A stretch of DNA of 64,000 nt from Eledone cirrhosa (taxonomy: Eukaryota), in the NCBI GenBank assembly GCA_964016885.1, contig OZ024741.1, positions 21,700,001 to 21,764,000 of the forward strand, given 5' to 3'. Below, in pieces: positions 1-11,270 of this stretch. A program made the position numbers and the translations under genes. The notes under the pieces were generated by a model that was given only the letters and a program-made list of their open reading frames with translations, did not search any database and had not been told where the DNA came from. Positions within the stretch are counted from its first letter, which is position 1. Every line of letters starts with the position of its first letter.

Positions 1-111
1 ATACTGCCAATCCACCACCCTAACATGGCGTCAGACCCTCTACCAATACTGCCAATCCACCACCCTAACATGGCGTGCGACCCTCTACCAATACTGCCAA
101 TCCACCACCCT
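1..111. repeat. End of a 45-bp tandem array (same unit as 11231-14056), running off the window start
   Basis: About 2.5 copies of CATGGCGT(CA/GC)GACCCTCTACCAATACTGCCAATCCACCACCCTAA. Confidence 0.95.
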
Positions 112-189
112 CATACATTATATTATTGTTACCAAACTAACATTATATTAATTTAATAATATAATAAAATGTTAGTTTGGTAACAATAA

Positions 190-305
190 TATAATTGTTT
201 CTACTTTTGGCACAAGGCCTGCAATTAATTCAATGTATTACTGGTACTTTATTTTATTAAAGCATGGCGTCCGACCTTCTACCGATACTGCTAATCCACC
301 GCCGT
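190..305 (-). mobile_element. Internally deleted tRNA-derived SINE copy
   Basis: SINE 3' end (ataattgtttctacttttggcacaagg...ctggtactttatttt) is joined directly to the head (aagcatggcgtccgacc...ccaccgcc). Compare the full copy at 16721-16911. Confidence 0.85.
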
Positions 306-419
306 TTGGTAACAATAGAGTTTGGTAACAATAATATAATCTATGTTAATATATGTTAATATATGTTAATATAATAATATAATATAATGTTAGTTTGGTA
401 ACAATAATGTGCAGGTATG

Positions 420-525
420 GTCCCGTAACTCCAGGGGAAGACGTAGGACGCCATATTGACGGTGTTTCTAGGGTATATTAAAAAAAAACCTGGCGGAGCC
501 CTTATTCTCCCCAGATCTGAATACA
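420..525 (-). repeat. Dispersed repeat fragment, related to 6340-6440
   Basis: The reverse complement has gggctccgccaggttt...ccctagaaacaccgt...ggagtta, matching gggctccgccaggttt...ccctagaaacgccgt...ggagtta at 6358-6435. Confidence 0.7.
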
Positions 526-596
526 GAAGATTTGTTCCAGAGAATGACAGAAAGTAAGAGAATGAAAGTGAGAAAGAGATATAGAGGAAGAATCGA

Positions 597-679
597 TCCC
601 AGTACATGGACTGGTACTTTTTTTTATTGACCTGAAATGGATGAAAGGCAAAGTTGACCTAGGCGGGATTTGAACTCAG
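597..679 (-). mobile_element. SINE fragment (B box and central domain)
   Basis: ctggtacttt...ggatgaaaggcaaagttgacctaggcgggatttgaactcag matches the other copies. Confidence 0.85.
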
Positions 680-726
680 TAAGCTAATTCATGTAGCTCT
701 AATGTTAAGTGTATACTTAATAAGTA

Positions 727-896
727 TCGAAGGTTGGCTGAAAAATTCATAAGCTGACCAAGATACTCTCATGGAATGACCAAATGAGGTTTATTTTTCA
801 ACATAGTCCCTGGAAAGAAAGCGTGTAGTTATTGATAAGAAGAGTTGAAACTAATGCATGTAAGATTTCACAGTTCTAGCATCACTCCTTCATAGG
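727..896. mobile_element. Tc1/mariner-type MITE, right end truncated
   Basis: TIR-like cgaaggttggctgaaaaattcataagctgac. The body is shared with 1130-1445 and 26787-27029. Confidence 0.7.
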
Positions 897-1129
897 CTAA
901 TCAAGATACTCTCAAATAAATTCATTGTATACATTGGTAAGCCAGTTAACACACCACATTGAATATAATTCTAACAGAGGGATATCATTCTTACAGAGAT
1001 AGTGCTCTACTCATGCACGCACACACACACATACACAGTCACACACACAAGTGGGGGGGGGGGGGGGGGGGGGGGAGGGGGCATTCTCGCAGCGATAGTG
1101 CTCTTCTCAATACGTGTCCAGTACCAGTC

Positions 1130-1445
1130 AAAACAAATGAGGTTTATACTTCAACACAGTCTCTGGAAAGAAACAAGGCAGTTATTAATAAGAAGAGTTA
1201 AAATTACTGCTTGCAAGATTTCACAGCTGAGCATCACTCCTTCATAGTCAGCTTATGAACTCTTCAGCTGGACTTATGCACGATTTCACAGCTCTAGCAT
1301 CACTCCTTCATAGTCAGCCTATGAACTCTTCAGCTGGGCTTATGCACGATTTCACAGTTTTAGCATCACTCCTTTATAGTCAGCCTATGAACTCTCCAGC
1401 CGACCCTCATGCAAGATTTCACAGCACTAGCATCACTCCTTCATA
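1130..1445. mobile_element. Same MITE family, with its right end amplified as a 66-bp tandem repeat (~3.5 copies, ~1212-1445)
   Basis: Unit tgcacgatttcacagctctagcatcactccttcatagtcagcctatgaactcttcagctgggctta contains the right TIR. Confidence 0.8.
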
Positions 1446-1669
1446 CACGTAACATATATAAACGTCTATAAAGATGTGAGTTTATAAGAAGTTATATTAG
1501 GGCATGCTACTGTACTATGTGGTTTATATGTATGCAAGTGTAACACCTGCGGAGTCGCTGTGGTGCCGTTGTGACATACAGTGTGTTGTAGACACTGTAC
1601 ACCTGGTAGAACCCATCACCTCATCGGCTCAGAACACAGAATACAGCCGACGTCTTTGTGTTGGTGGCT

Positions 1670-2214
1670 GGAGAGAGAGGGAGGGAGAGAGAGGAAGCGA
1701 GAGAGGGTTGGAGAGATAGAGAGGTGGTTGGAAAGAGAGAGAGAGAGAGATGAGGAGAGAGGGAGAGAGAGAGGAAGCGAGAGAGGGTTGGAGAGATAGA
1801 GAGGTGGTTGGAAAGAGAGAGAGAGAGAGATGAGGAGAGAGGGAGAGAGAGAGAGAGAGAGGAGGCGGGAGAGGGTTGGAGAGATAGAGAGGTGGTTGGA
1901 AAGAGAGAGGGTGTTGGAGAGAGAGAGAGAGATGAGGAGAGAGGGAGAGAGAGAGAGAGAGAGGAAGCGGGAGAGAGTGAGAGAGAGGGATGAAGATATG
2001 GAGGAGAGTGGGAGAGAGAGATGGAGAGAGGGAGTGTGTGTGTGCACTTGGGTATGTGGATGTGTGTTTATGTGTGTGTGTGAGAGAGAGAGAGAGGGGG
2101 AGTGTGTGTGTGCACTTGTGTATGTGGATGTGTGTGTTTGTGTGTGTGTGTGAGAGAGAGAGGGAGTGTGTGTGTGTGCACTTGTGTATGTGGATGTGTG
2201 TTTATGTATGTGTT

Positions 2215-2275
<61 letters not shown>
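1670..2275. repeat. Complex (GA)n/(GT)n microsatellite with ~80-bp higher-order units
   Basis: gagggttggagagatagagaggtggttggaaaga recurs three times, followed by gtgcacttgtgtatgtggatg units. Confidence 0.95.
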
Positions 2276-2429
2276 AGTAAGAAAGTCGTTCTAACAACTC
2301 TTCCAACTCACCACCATTCTAGTAATATCTACTTACTTCTAAAAGTGACACGTGATCAGTAACTGATAATTCTGATATCAAAAGAAATAAAACCCGAGCT
2401 AGCTATAGTGGACCCGACCACTGTACACA

Positions 2430-2618
2430 ATAATTGTTTCTACTTTAGGCACAAGGCCAGCAATTACCCAGTGCATTACTGGTACTTTATTTTATCGACC
2501 CCGTACGGATGAAAGGCAAAGTTAACCTCGGCGGGATTTGAACTCAGATCGTAAAGGGACGTAACTATGCTGGAAAGCATGGCGTCCGACCCTCTACCGA
2601 TACTGCCAATCCACCACC
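2430..2618 (-). mobile_element. Full-length tRNA-derived SINE
   Basis: The minus strand has A box TGGCAGTATCGG, B box GAGTTCAAATCC, central gcctttcatcc...ggggtcgataaaataaagtaccag and tail gtagaaacaattat. Confidence 0.92.
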
Positions 2619-2635
2619 AATAATCTCATTATTAT

Positions 2636-2926
2636 CGCCGAGGTTAACTTTGCCTTTCATCCTTACGGGGTCGATAAAATAAAGTACCAGTAATACACTG
2701 GGGATAATTGCTGGCCTTGTGCCCAAAGTAGAAACAATTATTATTGGCAGTATCAGTAGAGGGTCGGACGCCATGCTTTCCAGCATAGTTACGTCCCTTT
2801 ACGGTCTGAGTTCAAATCCCGCCGAGGTTAACTTTGCCTTTCATCCTTACGGGTGTCGATAAAATAAAGTACCAGTAATGCACTGGTGGTAATTGCTGGC
2901 CTTGTGCCCAAAGTAGAAACAATTAT
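2636..2926 (+). mobile_element. 5'-truncated SINE followed by a near full-length SINE, inverted relative to 2430-2618
   Basis: cgccgaggttaac...gtagaaacaattatt (2636-2742), then ttggcagtatcagtagag...gtagaaacaattatt (2743-2926). Confidence 0.92.
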
Positions 2927-3456
2927 TTTATTCTAAAGAGTAATGTGTAAGCATCAGAAGATTGAAGCCTACAACATAGTTTCAACAATGGCTTCATGTG
3001 TTAATAAAGTAGAACTGTAAGATATAAGTGTGAGTCACATCATCAGGTAAATGTGAATCATCTAAAGATATTAACATCTACAGATTGTAGTTCTGTGAGG
3101 TTTGTTCACTCATGAAACCATTGGTTGTAGCTAAATTATCGTGTGTACGAATCGTAGTAAATAGATATTAGCTCTGTTTGTATATAGAGAGCGCGCGTTC
3201 TTCTTGTGGACATTCTCACTACACACACACACATATATAGAAACCATAGTGATTTCCAGGGGTTGCCTGAGGAGATGGGACTGTCCGTCTTTCCGTTGTT
3301 TTTCCATTGTCTTTGTCCAGTGTACGCCATATTTTCAATATATATAATCAAAACGACTGACTGAATACACACGTGTTTTTCTCACTTTTCTCTTTTCCCC
3401 CCTTCCTTCCACTTCTTATTCTTCATCTTTCTGTTTATCTTCTATTTCTAGCTCTA

Positions 3457-3492
3457 TCTTCTGATGAAGGACTAGTGTCTGAAACGTTAAGA
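3457..3492 (+). ncRNA. Minimal type I hammerhead ribozyme motif
   Basis: ucuu CUGAUGA a ggac-uagu-gucu GAA acgu u aaga. Stem I is UCUU/AAGA, stem II is GGAC/GUCU, and stem III is the palindrome ACGU (dimer type). Confidence 0.8.
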
Positions 3493-3588
3493 CTCCTTTC
3501 CTACTATTTCAAGCATTAAACTAATATAGTTCTTCAATGTCCTGTGCCGTTTGCTTTGTAACTTCAGTTTACTTTTTACACACACATT

Positions 3589-3652
<64 letters not shown>

Positions 3653-3732
3653 GTAAACTGAAATAAAAAACAAACAACACAGTACATTGAAGAAATACAT
3701 TAGTTTAACGCTTGAAATAGCAAGAAAGGAGT

Positions 3733-3766
3733 CTTAACGTTTCAGACACTAGTCTTTCATCAGAAG
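3733..3766 (-). ncRNA. Minimal type I hammerhead ribozyme motif
   Basis: cuu CUGAUGA a agac-uagu-gucu GAA acgu u aag. Stem II AGAC/GUCU is perfectly paired. Confidence 0.78.
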
Positions 3767-4844
3767 CTAGAGCTAGAAATAGCAGATAAATAGAAAAATA
3801 AAGAGCAAGAAGAGGAAGGAATGGGGAAAAAGAGAAAAACGTGGGGTAGGGGAAATACGTGTGTATTCAGTCAGTCATGTGTGTGTATGTTTATGTATTA
3901 TATAATAAGTTCACAATAAGATAGAAATAAAAAGAACTAAAAGTCAATACAGCAGTGAATAATATATTTATTTATTTAGAAATTATTCATCCAACACACA
4001 TTTCCTGGGAACCAAACATATTTTACGGAATTAAGTCACATTTTATTTTACTTTATTCATTCATTTATTTTTTGTTGCTTGTTCTGTAGTAGTAGGACTC
4101 AATATATCCGCGGCAAGGAATATATTTGTAACAAATAACACTTCCTTCTCCAAGCATAGATTCGAAACCGAATCCAAGAATTCTCGCTGTTCAAAATCAC
4201 GACGACAGGCGCCAAAGAAAGGTTTTTTCTTTGTCCTGTCAAAAAGTGATTGATCGCCTCCCTTTGACCTACAACCTCAGCTAGGTCAAGCCAAAGTCAA
4301 ATTGACCGAAGGACGTAGAAACTCTGTTGCGGTATGTCTATCATTCTAGCCACCGCAACATTATATATATGAGAGTCAAGGGAAACCCAAAGACAGAAAG
4401 CTGGTCTGACACCACACAGAGAGACCTACTGTGTCAGATGAACTACACACACACACTCACACAAACATATTCATTCTAACACACCAGTTCCACAAATGTA
4501 TCCTGGTTCTATTTTCTAACAGCTCGTAGCAGTTGTCAACATAAACATTTTTGTATGTATTAAAGCATGATGTGTACATAACCACAAATTAAGTTCCAGT
4601 GAAATAAATTATTTTTATGATGAATCCATTCACCTACTTATTCATTTTTCCGGCATACACATGCCTTATCAATATTTCACCATTATACACACACAACCAC
4701 TACATATTCTTTACTTCATCATCTCTTCTCAATATTTGATGTAAAATCAGTGTTGTTTCGATTTTCAAAGCTTCGGAAACAAATAGAAACAAAAGGCATG
4801 ATTAATCGACTGGGGAATGGATGAAATCTCTTTAAAACGTTTTG

Positions 4845-6163
4845 TTTATATATATATTGTATTGCTCTGTAGGGTTGACTGGTTTATATATATATTGTAT
4901 GGCTCTGTAGGGTTGATTGGTTTATATATATATTCTATGGCTCTGTAGGGTTGACTGGTTTATATATATATTCTATGGCTCTGTAGGGTTGACTGGTTTA
5001 TATATATATTGTATGGCTCTGTAGGGTTGACTGGTTTATATATATATTGTATGGCTCTGTAGGGTTGACTGGTTTATATATATATTGTATGGCTCTGTAG
5101 GGTTGATTGGTTTATAGCGAAGATACTGGGTTGTATGAATGTAACACGGAGACATGGTTTGTGTGTATAATATTTAATCAACAATTTAACAGTACAGTTG
5201 ACATGTCAATGAAATAAACGAAAGAATGAAGCAAAGTTAGTAGTTACCGTTTTGATTGCCAGGCAAACGCGAGACGCCTGGCGAAGGCCAGGCGCCGGAA
5301 GGGCAAATGAGAGGGAGAGAGCCGAAGGCTATTCGTTTTATAGGGCTCTGCCGGAAGTTACAGAAAGGGTTCTACTTCCCGTCTAGATATTGTTAATCTA
5401 TTGGGGTTGTGAGTCACAACAAGGGAGACAACCGCTACAGGTTTATATATATATTCTATGGCTCTGTAGGGTTGACTGGTTTATATATATATTGTATGGC
5501 TCTGTAGGGTTGACTGGTTTATATATATATTCTATGGCTCTGTAGGGTTGACTGGTTTATATATATATTGTATGACTCTGTAGGGTTGACTGGTTTATAT
5601 ATACATTCGTTTATTGCTCTGTAGCGTTGACTGGTTTATATATACATTCGTTTATTGCTCTGTAGCGTTGACTGGTTTATATATACATTCGTCTATGACT
5701 CTGTGGTGTTGACTGGTTTATATATACATTCGTTTATTGCTCTGTAGGGTTGACTGGTTTATATATACATTCGTTTATTGCTCTGTAGCGTTGACTGGTT
5801 TATATATATATTGTATGACTCTGTAGGGTTGACTGGTTTATATATACATTCGTTTATTGCTCTGTAGCGTTGACTGGTTTATATATACATTCGTTTATTG
5901 CTCTGTAGCGTTGAATGGTTTATATATACATTCGTTTATTGCTCTGTAGGGTTGACTGGTTTATATATACATTCGTCTATGACTCTGTGGTGTTGACTGG
6001 TTTATATATACATTCGTTTATTGCTCTGTAGGGTTGACTGGTTTATATATACATTCGTCTATGACTCTGTGGTGTTGACTGGTTTATATATACATTCGTT
6101 TGCTCTGTAGGGTTGACTGGTTTATATATACATTCGTCTATGACTCTGTGCTGTTGACTGGTT
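4845..6163. repeat. 38-41-bp minisatellite interrupted by a solo LTR
   Basis: Unit tttatatatatattgtatggctctgtagggttgactgg drifts to tttatatatacattcgtttattgctctgtagcgttgactgg after ~5600. Confidence 0.95.
5113..5439 (-). mobile_element. Solo LTR (327 bp), probably Gypsy-type
   Basis: Ends T(A)TAGCG...CGCTACA (TG..CA with one change) and a 4-bp target duplication GGTT (5109-5112 / 5440-5443). TATAAAA and ATTAAA occur in order on the minus strand. Confidence 0.75.
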
Positions 6164-7036
6164 TGGTTTCTGGCAAGATCATTGAAGGTTTTAAGCACGT
6201 TAATATTTAACTCTTCTTTACATTTATGATGAGTAACATGTCGACGAATCGCTGAAAATAATAATCGACGGAAATAAACATAAAACAAGAAATTGTAGAT
6301 CTATTTACTATTTATCTCTTTGACATACTGTATATTCTCTAAACCTGGAGAGGAGATGGGCTCCGCCAGGTTTAAAAACCCTAGAAACGCCGTATGTCAA
6401 TACAGTGCTCCTTACAACTCCCCCAGGAGGAGTTATCGGTTTCTTTATATCTTTTATATTCTATAAAGGTAATTTAATCTTTCATTCAAATATCTTTCAG
6501 CCCAAATTAAGATTCTATCACCAATAAATCGGTTGGCAACATTTTGTGAACACTGCTTTTCTTTCTGTCTATCTTTCTGAATTCATTGGATCAAACGTGA
6601 CTTTAGTGAATTAAGCAGAAAATATTTTCTCCTTTTTGGAGCATATTGGATCATTGTTGCACTACTCATAAATTTGGAACGATTTGATGGAGAAAGTTCA
6701 GAGTGATGGAAAACAACAGGAACAACCAACGACAGCCATGTTGTGTTTCAGTTGACTGAGATGCTTAAGTTTGGTTGCTAGTTTCTCTTGCTCTCATTAT
6801 CTTCTTTCTGGTCTTCAGAGTCATACATCTTTGCATTTCTCATCCCTTAACAATATAACAGCCATTGAGCTGACACTTTCAGCTTGGAAGTGAATTTCAT
6901 TGAAGACGACAAACCTCGGTTTCACAGTAAATTTAATATTCATCCGTTTTTCAAGAAAAAGTAGTCTATTGGTTTGTTTATTAAATATTTTAGTGACCGT
7001 AACACTCCATATAATATATTTTATTACCATGTATAA

Positions 7037-7222
7037 TATAATTGTTTCTATTTTTTGGCACAAGGCCAGCAATTGTCCAGTACATTACTGGTACTTTATT
7101 TTATCGACCCCGTAAGGATGAAAGGCAAAGTTAACCTCGGTGGGATTTGAACTCAGATCATAAAGGAACGTAACTCTATGCTTCAAAGCATGGTGTCCGC
7201 CTCTCTACCGATACTGCCAATT
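7037..7222 (-). mobile_element. tRNA-derived SINE
   Basis: Same A box, B box, central domain and tail as 2430-2618. Confidence 0.92.
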
Positions 7223-8045
7223 ACCATGTATAATATAATGTAATATAATATATTACCGTGTATAATATATTACAATGTATAATCTATATATATAAAACTG
7301 AGGTTGTCTGTCTGTCTATCGATTTTTGGCACACATCTCCTCTTAGAATCTCTCACGGAATTGCACCGAAATTGCTATACTTGTACATTGAGCCCTAGCG
7401 AAGACATCGGAAAAAAAATATTTCAAATTGACCCGCCCTATCTGACGAAATCGAATATAATGTATCGATTTTTGAGCGTAAGTGATCAGTTATTTCCCTT
7501 TGTTCTGTTTACATTGAGCGTCTGCGTGCAAAAATTAAAAAAATTACGCTGGCTTTCTCAGCGTTTAAAATGACATTAACACAATACACGAACAGTTGTC
7601 GAGCCAGCAAAATTTTGACCTGCAAAATTCATCAGTTCGAACACTAAGCTTCCGTTTTGCTTCATTTCCATTTAAAAGCCTTTTAAAACAATATTTTTAC
7701 TTGAAAACAAGTCTATTTAAAGACTACGTAAAACAAGCAAATATTTCGTAAAAAAAAGCAAAAATTATATAAGTTTATTTAAAATATATGTATCTGTAAA
7801 TTTCGTTAGGCGTGCAGATAGACAGTCGTGCAGACAGACTTTAAGCCAAAAAAGAAACTTAACATTGTAACTTTAACACAGCTACTGAACGACCCCGAGC
7901 AACGCCGGGCTTTACTGCTAGTATAATATATTATAATATCATGTATAATATATTACCAGGTATAATATAATGTAATATAATATATTACCATGTATAATAT
8001 GATGTATAATATATTACCATGTATAATAAAATATATTATAATATA
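7222..8045. repeat. AT-rich ~17-bp minisatellite (ataatatattaccatgt) on both sides of the Helitron
   Basis: Units at 7222-7282 and 7922-8045. Confidence 0.8.
7283..7921 (+). mobile_element. Non-autonomous Helitron (639 bp)
   Basis: 5' TCTATATATATAAAA, 3' hairpin cccgagcaacgccggg followed by CTAG. It lies between A(7282) and T(7922) with no TSD and splits an AT-rich minisatellite. Confidence 0.88.
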
Positions 8046-8524
8046 ATTGTTTCTACTTTTGGTACAAGGCCAGCAATTTATCAGTGTATTACTGGTACTT
8101 TATTTTATCGACCCCGTAAGGATGAAAGGCAAAGTGATATATTATAATATAATTGTTTCTACATTAGGCACAATGCCAGCAATTGTCCAGTACATTACTG
8201 GTACTTTATTTTATCGGCCCCGTAAGGATGAAAGGCAAAGTGATATATTATAATATAATTGTTTCTACATTAGGCACAAGGCCAGCAATTAAACAGTACA
8301 TTACTGGTACTTTATTTTATCGACCCCGTAAGGATGAAAGGCAAAGTTAACCTCGGCGGGATTTGAACTCAGACTGTAAAGGGACGTAACTATGCTAGAA
8401 AGCATGGCGTCCACCCTCTACCGATACTGCCAATTCGCCGTGATATATTATAATATAATTGTTTCTACTTTTTGGCACAAGACCAGAAATTAACCAGTGT
8501 ATTACTGGTACTTTATTTTATCGA
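8043..8524 (-). mobile_element. Tandem cluster of four SINE copies (three partial, one near full length at ~8255-8440)
   Basis: The block gtgatatattataatataattgtttctac...ctggtactttattttatcg recurs, with a ~107-bp period for the first copies. Confidence 0.9.
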
Positions 8525-8527
8525 TAT

Positions 8528-8956
8528 TACCACGTATAATATATTATATATTGCCATATATAATACGTTACCATGTATAATATGACAGTATGTATAATAC
8601 GATATCATGTATAATACGATACCATGTATAAGACAACATCATCTATAACACGATAGTATCTATAATACGACAGTATGTATAATACGATACCATGTATAAG
8701 ACGATACCATGTATAACACGATAGTATGTATAATACGACAGTATGTATAATACGATAGTATGTATAATACGATACCATGTATAACACGATAGTATGTATA
8801 ATACGACAGTATGTATAATACGACACTATGTATAATACGACAGTATGTATAATACGATACCATGTATAACACGATACCATGTATAACACGATACCATGTA
8901 TAACACGATAGTATGTATAATACGATATCATGTATAAGACGATACCATGTATAACT
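8528..8956. repeat. 17-bp minisatellite (tataatacgatagtatg / tataacacgataccatg)
   Basis: About 25 visible tandem units. It explains ORFs 8605-9051 and 8660-9049. Confidence 0.95.
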
Positions 8957-8957
8957 C

Positions 8958-10965
8958 GACATGGGATAGAAGCACAAAGGTTCCGTATCCCGAGACCCCA
9001 AATAGGGGAAGAGAGAGCAAACCCCAACAATTGGCATCTGGAACGCCACAAGTTTTATAGGTAAGGATCAGGAACTATTGGAGTGGGATAGGATAGATAT
9101 AGTTGGGGTTCCCTCAACAAAGTTCTGGGGCTCTGGTACTGGTGCTACAGGCTAGATATAGTTGGGGTTCCCTCAACAAAGTTCTGGGGCTCTGGTACTG
9201 GTGCTACAGGCTAGATATAGTTGGGGTTCCCTCAACAAAGTTCTGGGGCTCTGGTACTGGTGCTACAGGATAGATATAGTTGGGATTCCCTCAACAAAGT
9301 TCTGGGGCTCTGGTACTGGTGCTACAGGCTAGATATAGTTGGGGTTCCCTCAACAAAGTTCTGGGGCTCTGGTACTGGTGCTACAGGCTAGATATAGTCG
9401 GGGTTCCCTCAACAAAGTTCTGGGGCTCTGGTACTGGTGCTACAGGATAGATATAGTCGGGGTTCCCTCAACAAAGTTCTGGGGCTCTGGTACTGGTGCT
9501 ACAGGATAGATATAGTTGGGGTTCCCTCAACAAAGTTCTGAGGCCCTGGTACTGGATGTAGGATGGAAACTCCTCGATTCAGGCGTGGTGCTAGAAAAGA
9601 CTGCACCGGTAGGAGTGGTGATGCTCCGGCTGGCAGAATGTGTTATGGAATGGACCTCATTGGCGGGGGAGAGATTTATTTCTTGAAACTTAGGCTGAAA
9701 AATAGGTCTCTGTGGGTGGTACAAGTGTATGCACCAAACAAAGAGCTCGAATATAGATCTTTTCCTTGATGAAATCACTGCAGTGTTAGATGTAGTTATG
9801 ACTGAGTCATATATCCTGATGGAAGACTTCAATGCACATGTTGGCACTGACCACCTGACATGGAAAGGAGTGATTGGAAGGAACGGCACCCCGATCTAAA
9901 TGCGAACTGAGAGGCCTTATTAGGCTTCTGTCCTAGTAATGAACTCTCTATTATGAACACCTTCTTCCAACACAGAGACATCCATAAATATATATGGTAT
10001 AAGAGGAATCAGGGACAGGGATCAATAATTGATTTTGTTATTGTCTCTGATCCCTTCGATTCTGTGCTGGATGTTCGGATTAAAAGAGGGGCTGAGCTGT
10101 CAACTAATCACCATCTAGTTATCTGCAGCTTTAGACTAACTAAAGCCAAGAAAACAAACAAAACTGGCGACTTCTGCTCGACCTATAGGATAACGTGGGA
10201 AGCGCTGGTGGATAACGAAGTCAGGAACAGGTTTTCAGATATTATTGCATCCAAATTCAGAGAACTCCCTGAATAAACCAAGGACGCTGGAATGGAGTAG
10301 AGTCTGTTCAGCTCGGCAGTTTCTGCTTCAGCTGTTAAATGCTGCGGGCGTGGTGCTGGGTTGCGTGAGGATCTCTTAGTACCAACCCTCCCAGGAAGGT
10401 AACTAAAGAAAAGTTTAAATATTTTCTGAGAAGCCAGCGTCAACATGTCGTCTACTAGACATATACACTAGCTTTCATTTTTAGATAAAGGTTTGTACCA
10501 TAAATTAGATATATTCAATCTAGATTTTAGAGAACAATAAATAAATAAATACGATCACGAACACAAGCGGCCGAAATGGGGTTCCTCCGAAGGCTCTTTG
10601 GAGTAACGTTACTCGACAGTGATTCGCTCGGAGACCAGAGAGTTACTCTAGGTAGAGCTGCTATTGAGAGATCACAGTTACGTTACTATGGACATGTGGT
10701 TAGAATGTCTCAGGAAAGAATCACGGGAGAGATTTTCGGGCAAAACCAACTGGCAGGAGACCCAGAGGTAGACCCCGAGCAAGATGGTTGGATAACATCC
10801 TTGAGCTTGTCTGGTCTCGCTTGGGGATCTAGCTGGATCAATTGGAGACAGTTACTTCTGACAGGACCTGCTGGAATGTATGTTTGAGGACTCTACCCCA
10901 ACGACTCTCTCAGGAATAAGCGGAAGAAGAAGAAGAAGAAGAAAAAGAAGAAGAAGAAGAAGAAA
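8958..10965 (+). mobile_element. Decayed, internally deleted RTE-clade non-LTR retrotransposon (APE endonuclease and C-terminus; RT domain absent)
   Basis: APE motifs GIWNATSFIGKDQEL, LDIVGVPSTK, VVQVYAPN, EDFNAHVG and MNTFFQHRDIHKY..SIIDFVIVS..STNHHLV. C-terminal AAEMGFLRR, QLRYYGHVVRM and RPRGRPRARW. (GAA)n tail at 10922-10963. Multiple stops and frameshifts. Confidence 0.9.
9091..9555. repeat. 59-bp tandem repeat (~8 copies) amplified from LINE endonuclease coding sequence
   Basis: Unit gatagatatagttggggttccctcaacaaagttctggggctctggtactggtgctacag encodes the DIVGVPSTK..GSGT segment. Confidence 0.95.
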
Positions 10966-11079
10966 TAAAAGGGCCGTACTTGGCGTTTGATGTAAGTTAT
11001 TCCAGTATAAATAGGTAAGAGTCATGCCACCTGGATTATATACGCTATGCTCCATGGTAAAATATACGTACATGTACTT

Positions 11080-11270
11080 ATAATTGTTTCTACTTTTGGC
11101 ACAAGGCCAGCAATTATCCCAGTGCATTACTGGTACTTTATTTTATCTACTCCGTAAGGATGAAAGGCAAAGTTAACCTTGGCGGGATTTGAACTCAGAA
11201 TGGCAAGGGCTGTGTAACTATGCGTCAAAGCATGGCGTGCGACCCTCTACCGATACTACCAATCCATCAC
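11080..11270 (-). mobile_element. tRNA-derived SINE whose head is the first unit of the 45-bp array
   Basis: Tail, central domain and B box at 11080-11200 continue into aaagcatggcgtgcgaccctctaccgatac. Confidence 0.92.

Larger units (their letters stand above)
3353..3878. mobile_element. Tail-to-tail inverted pair of hammerhead-bearing Penelope-like terminal repeats around a (TA)n(TG)n tract
   Basis: Arms ~3353-3582 and ~3643-3878 are diverged reverse complements (gactgactgaatacacacgt...tttactttttaca versus tgtaaaaagtaaa...acgtgtgtattcagtcagtc). Each arm has a hammerhead motif. The Penelope-like assignment is inferred from the known association of minimal type I hammerheads with PLE pseudo-LTRs. 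Confidence 0.75.

Noticed and set aside
1053-1081. Poly-G tract as a functional G-quadruplex or Gly-rich ORF
   Set aside because: Simple homopolymer in repeat debris with unreliable length and no supporting context.
1500-2280. Glu/Arg-rich and Val/Cys-rich ORFs
   Set aside because: Translations of (GA)n and (GT)n microsatellites.
3262-3295. CUGAGGA followed by the hairpin gaugg/ccguc
   Set aside because: No GAAA after the hairpin and no stem I or III partner.
9527-10887. Functional CDSs (ORFs 9563, 9953, 10576 and antisense ORFs)
   Set aside because: Frameshifted fragments of a dead RTE LINE lacking the RT domain.
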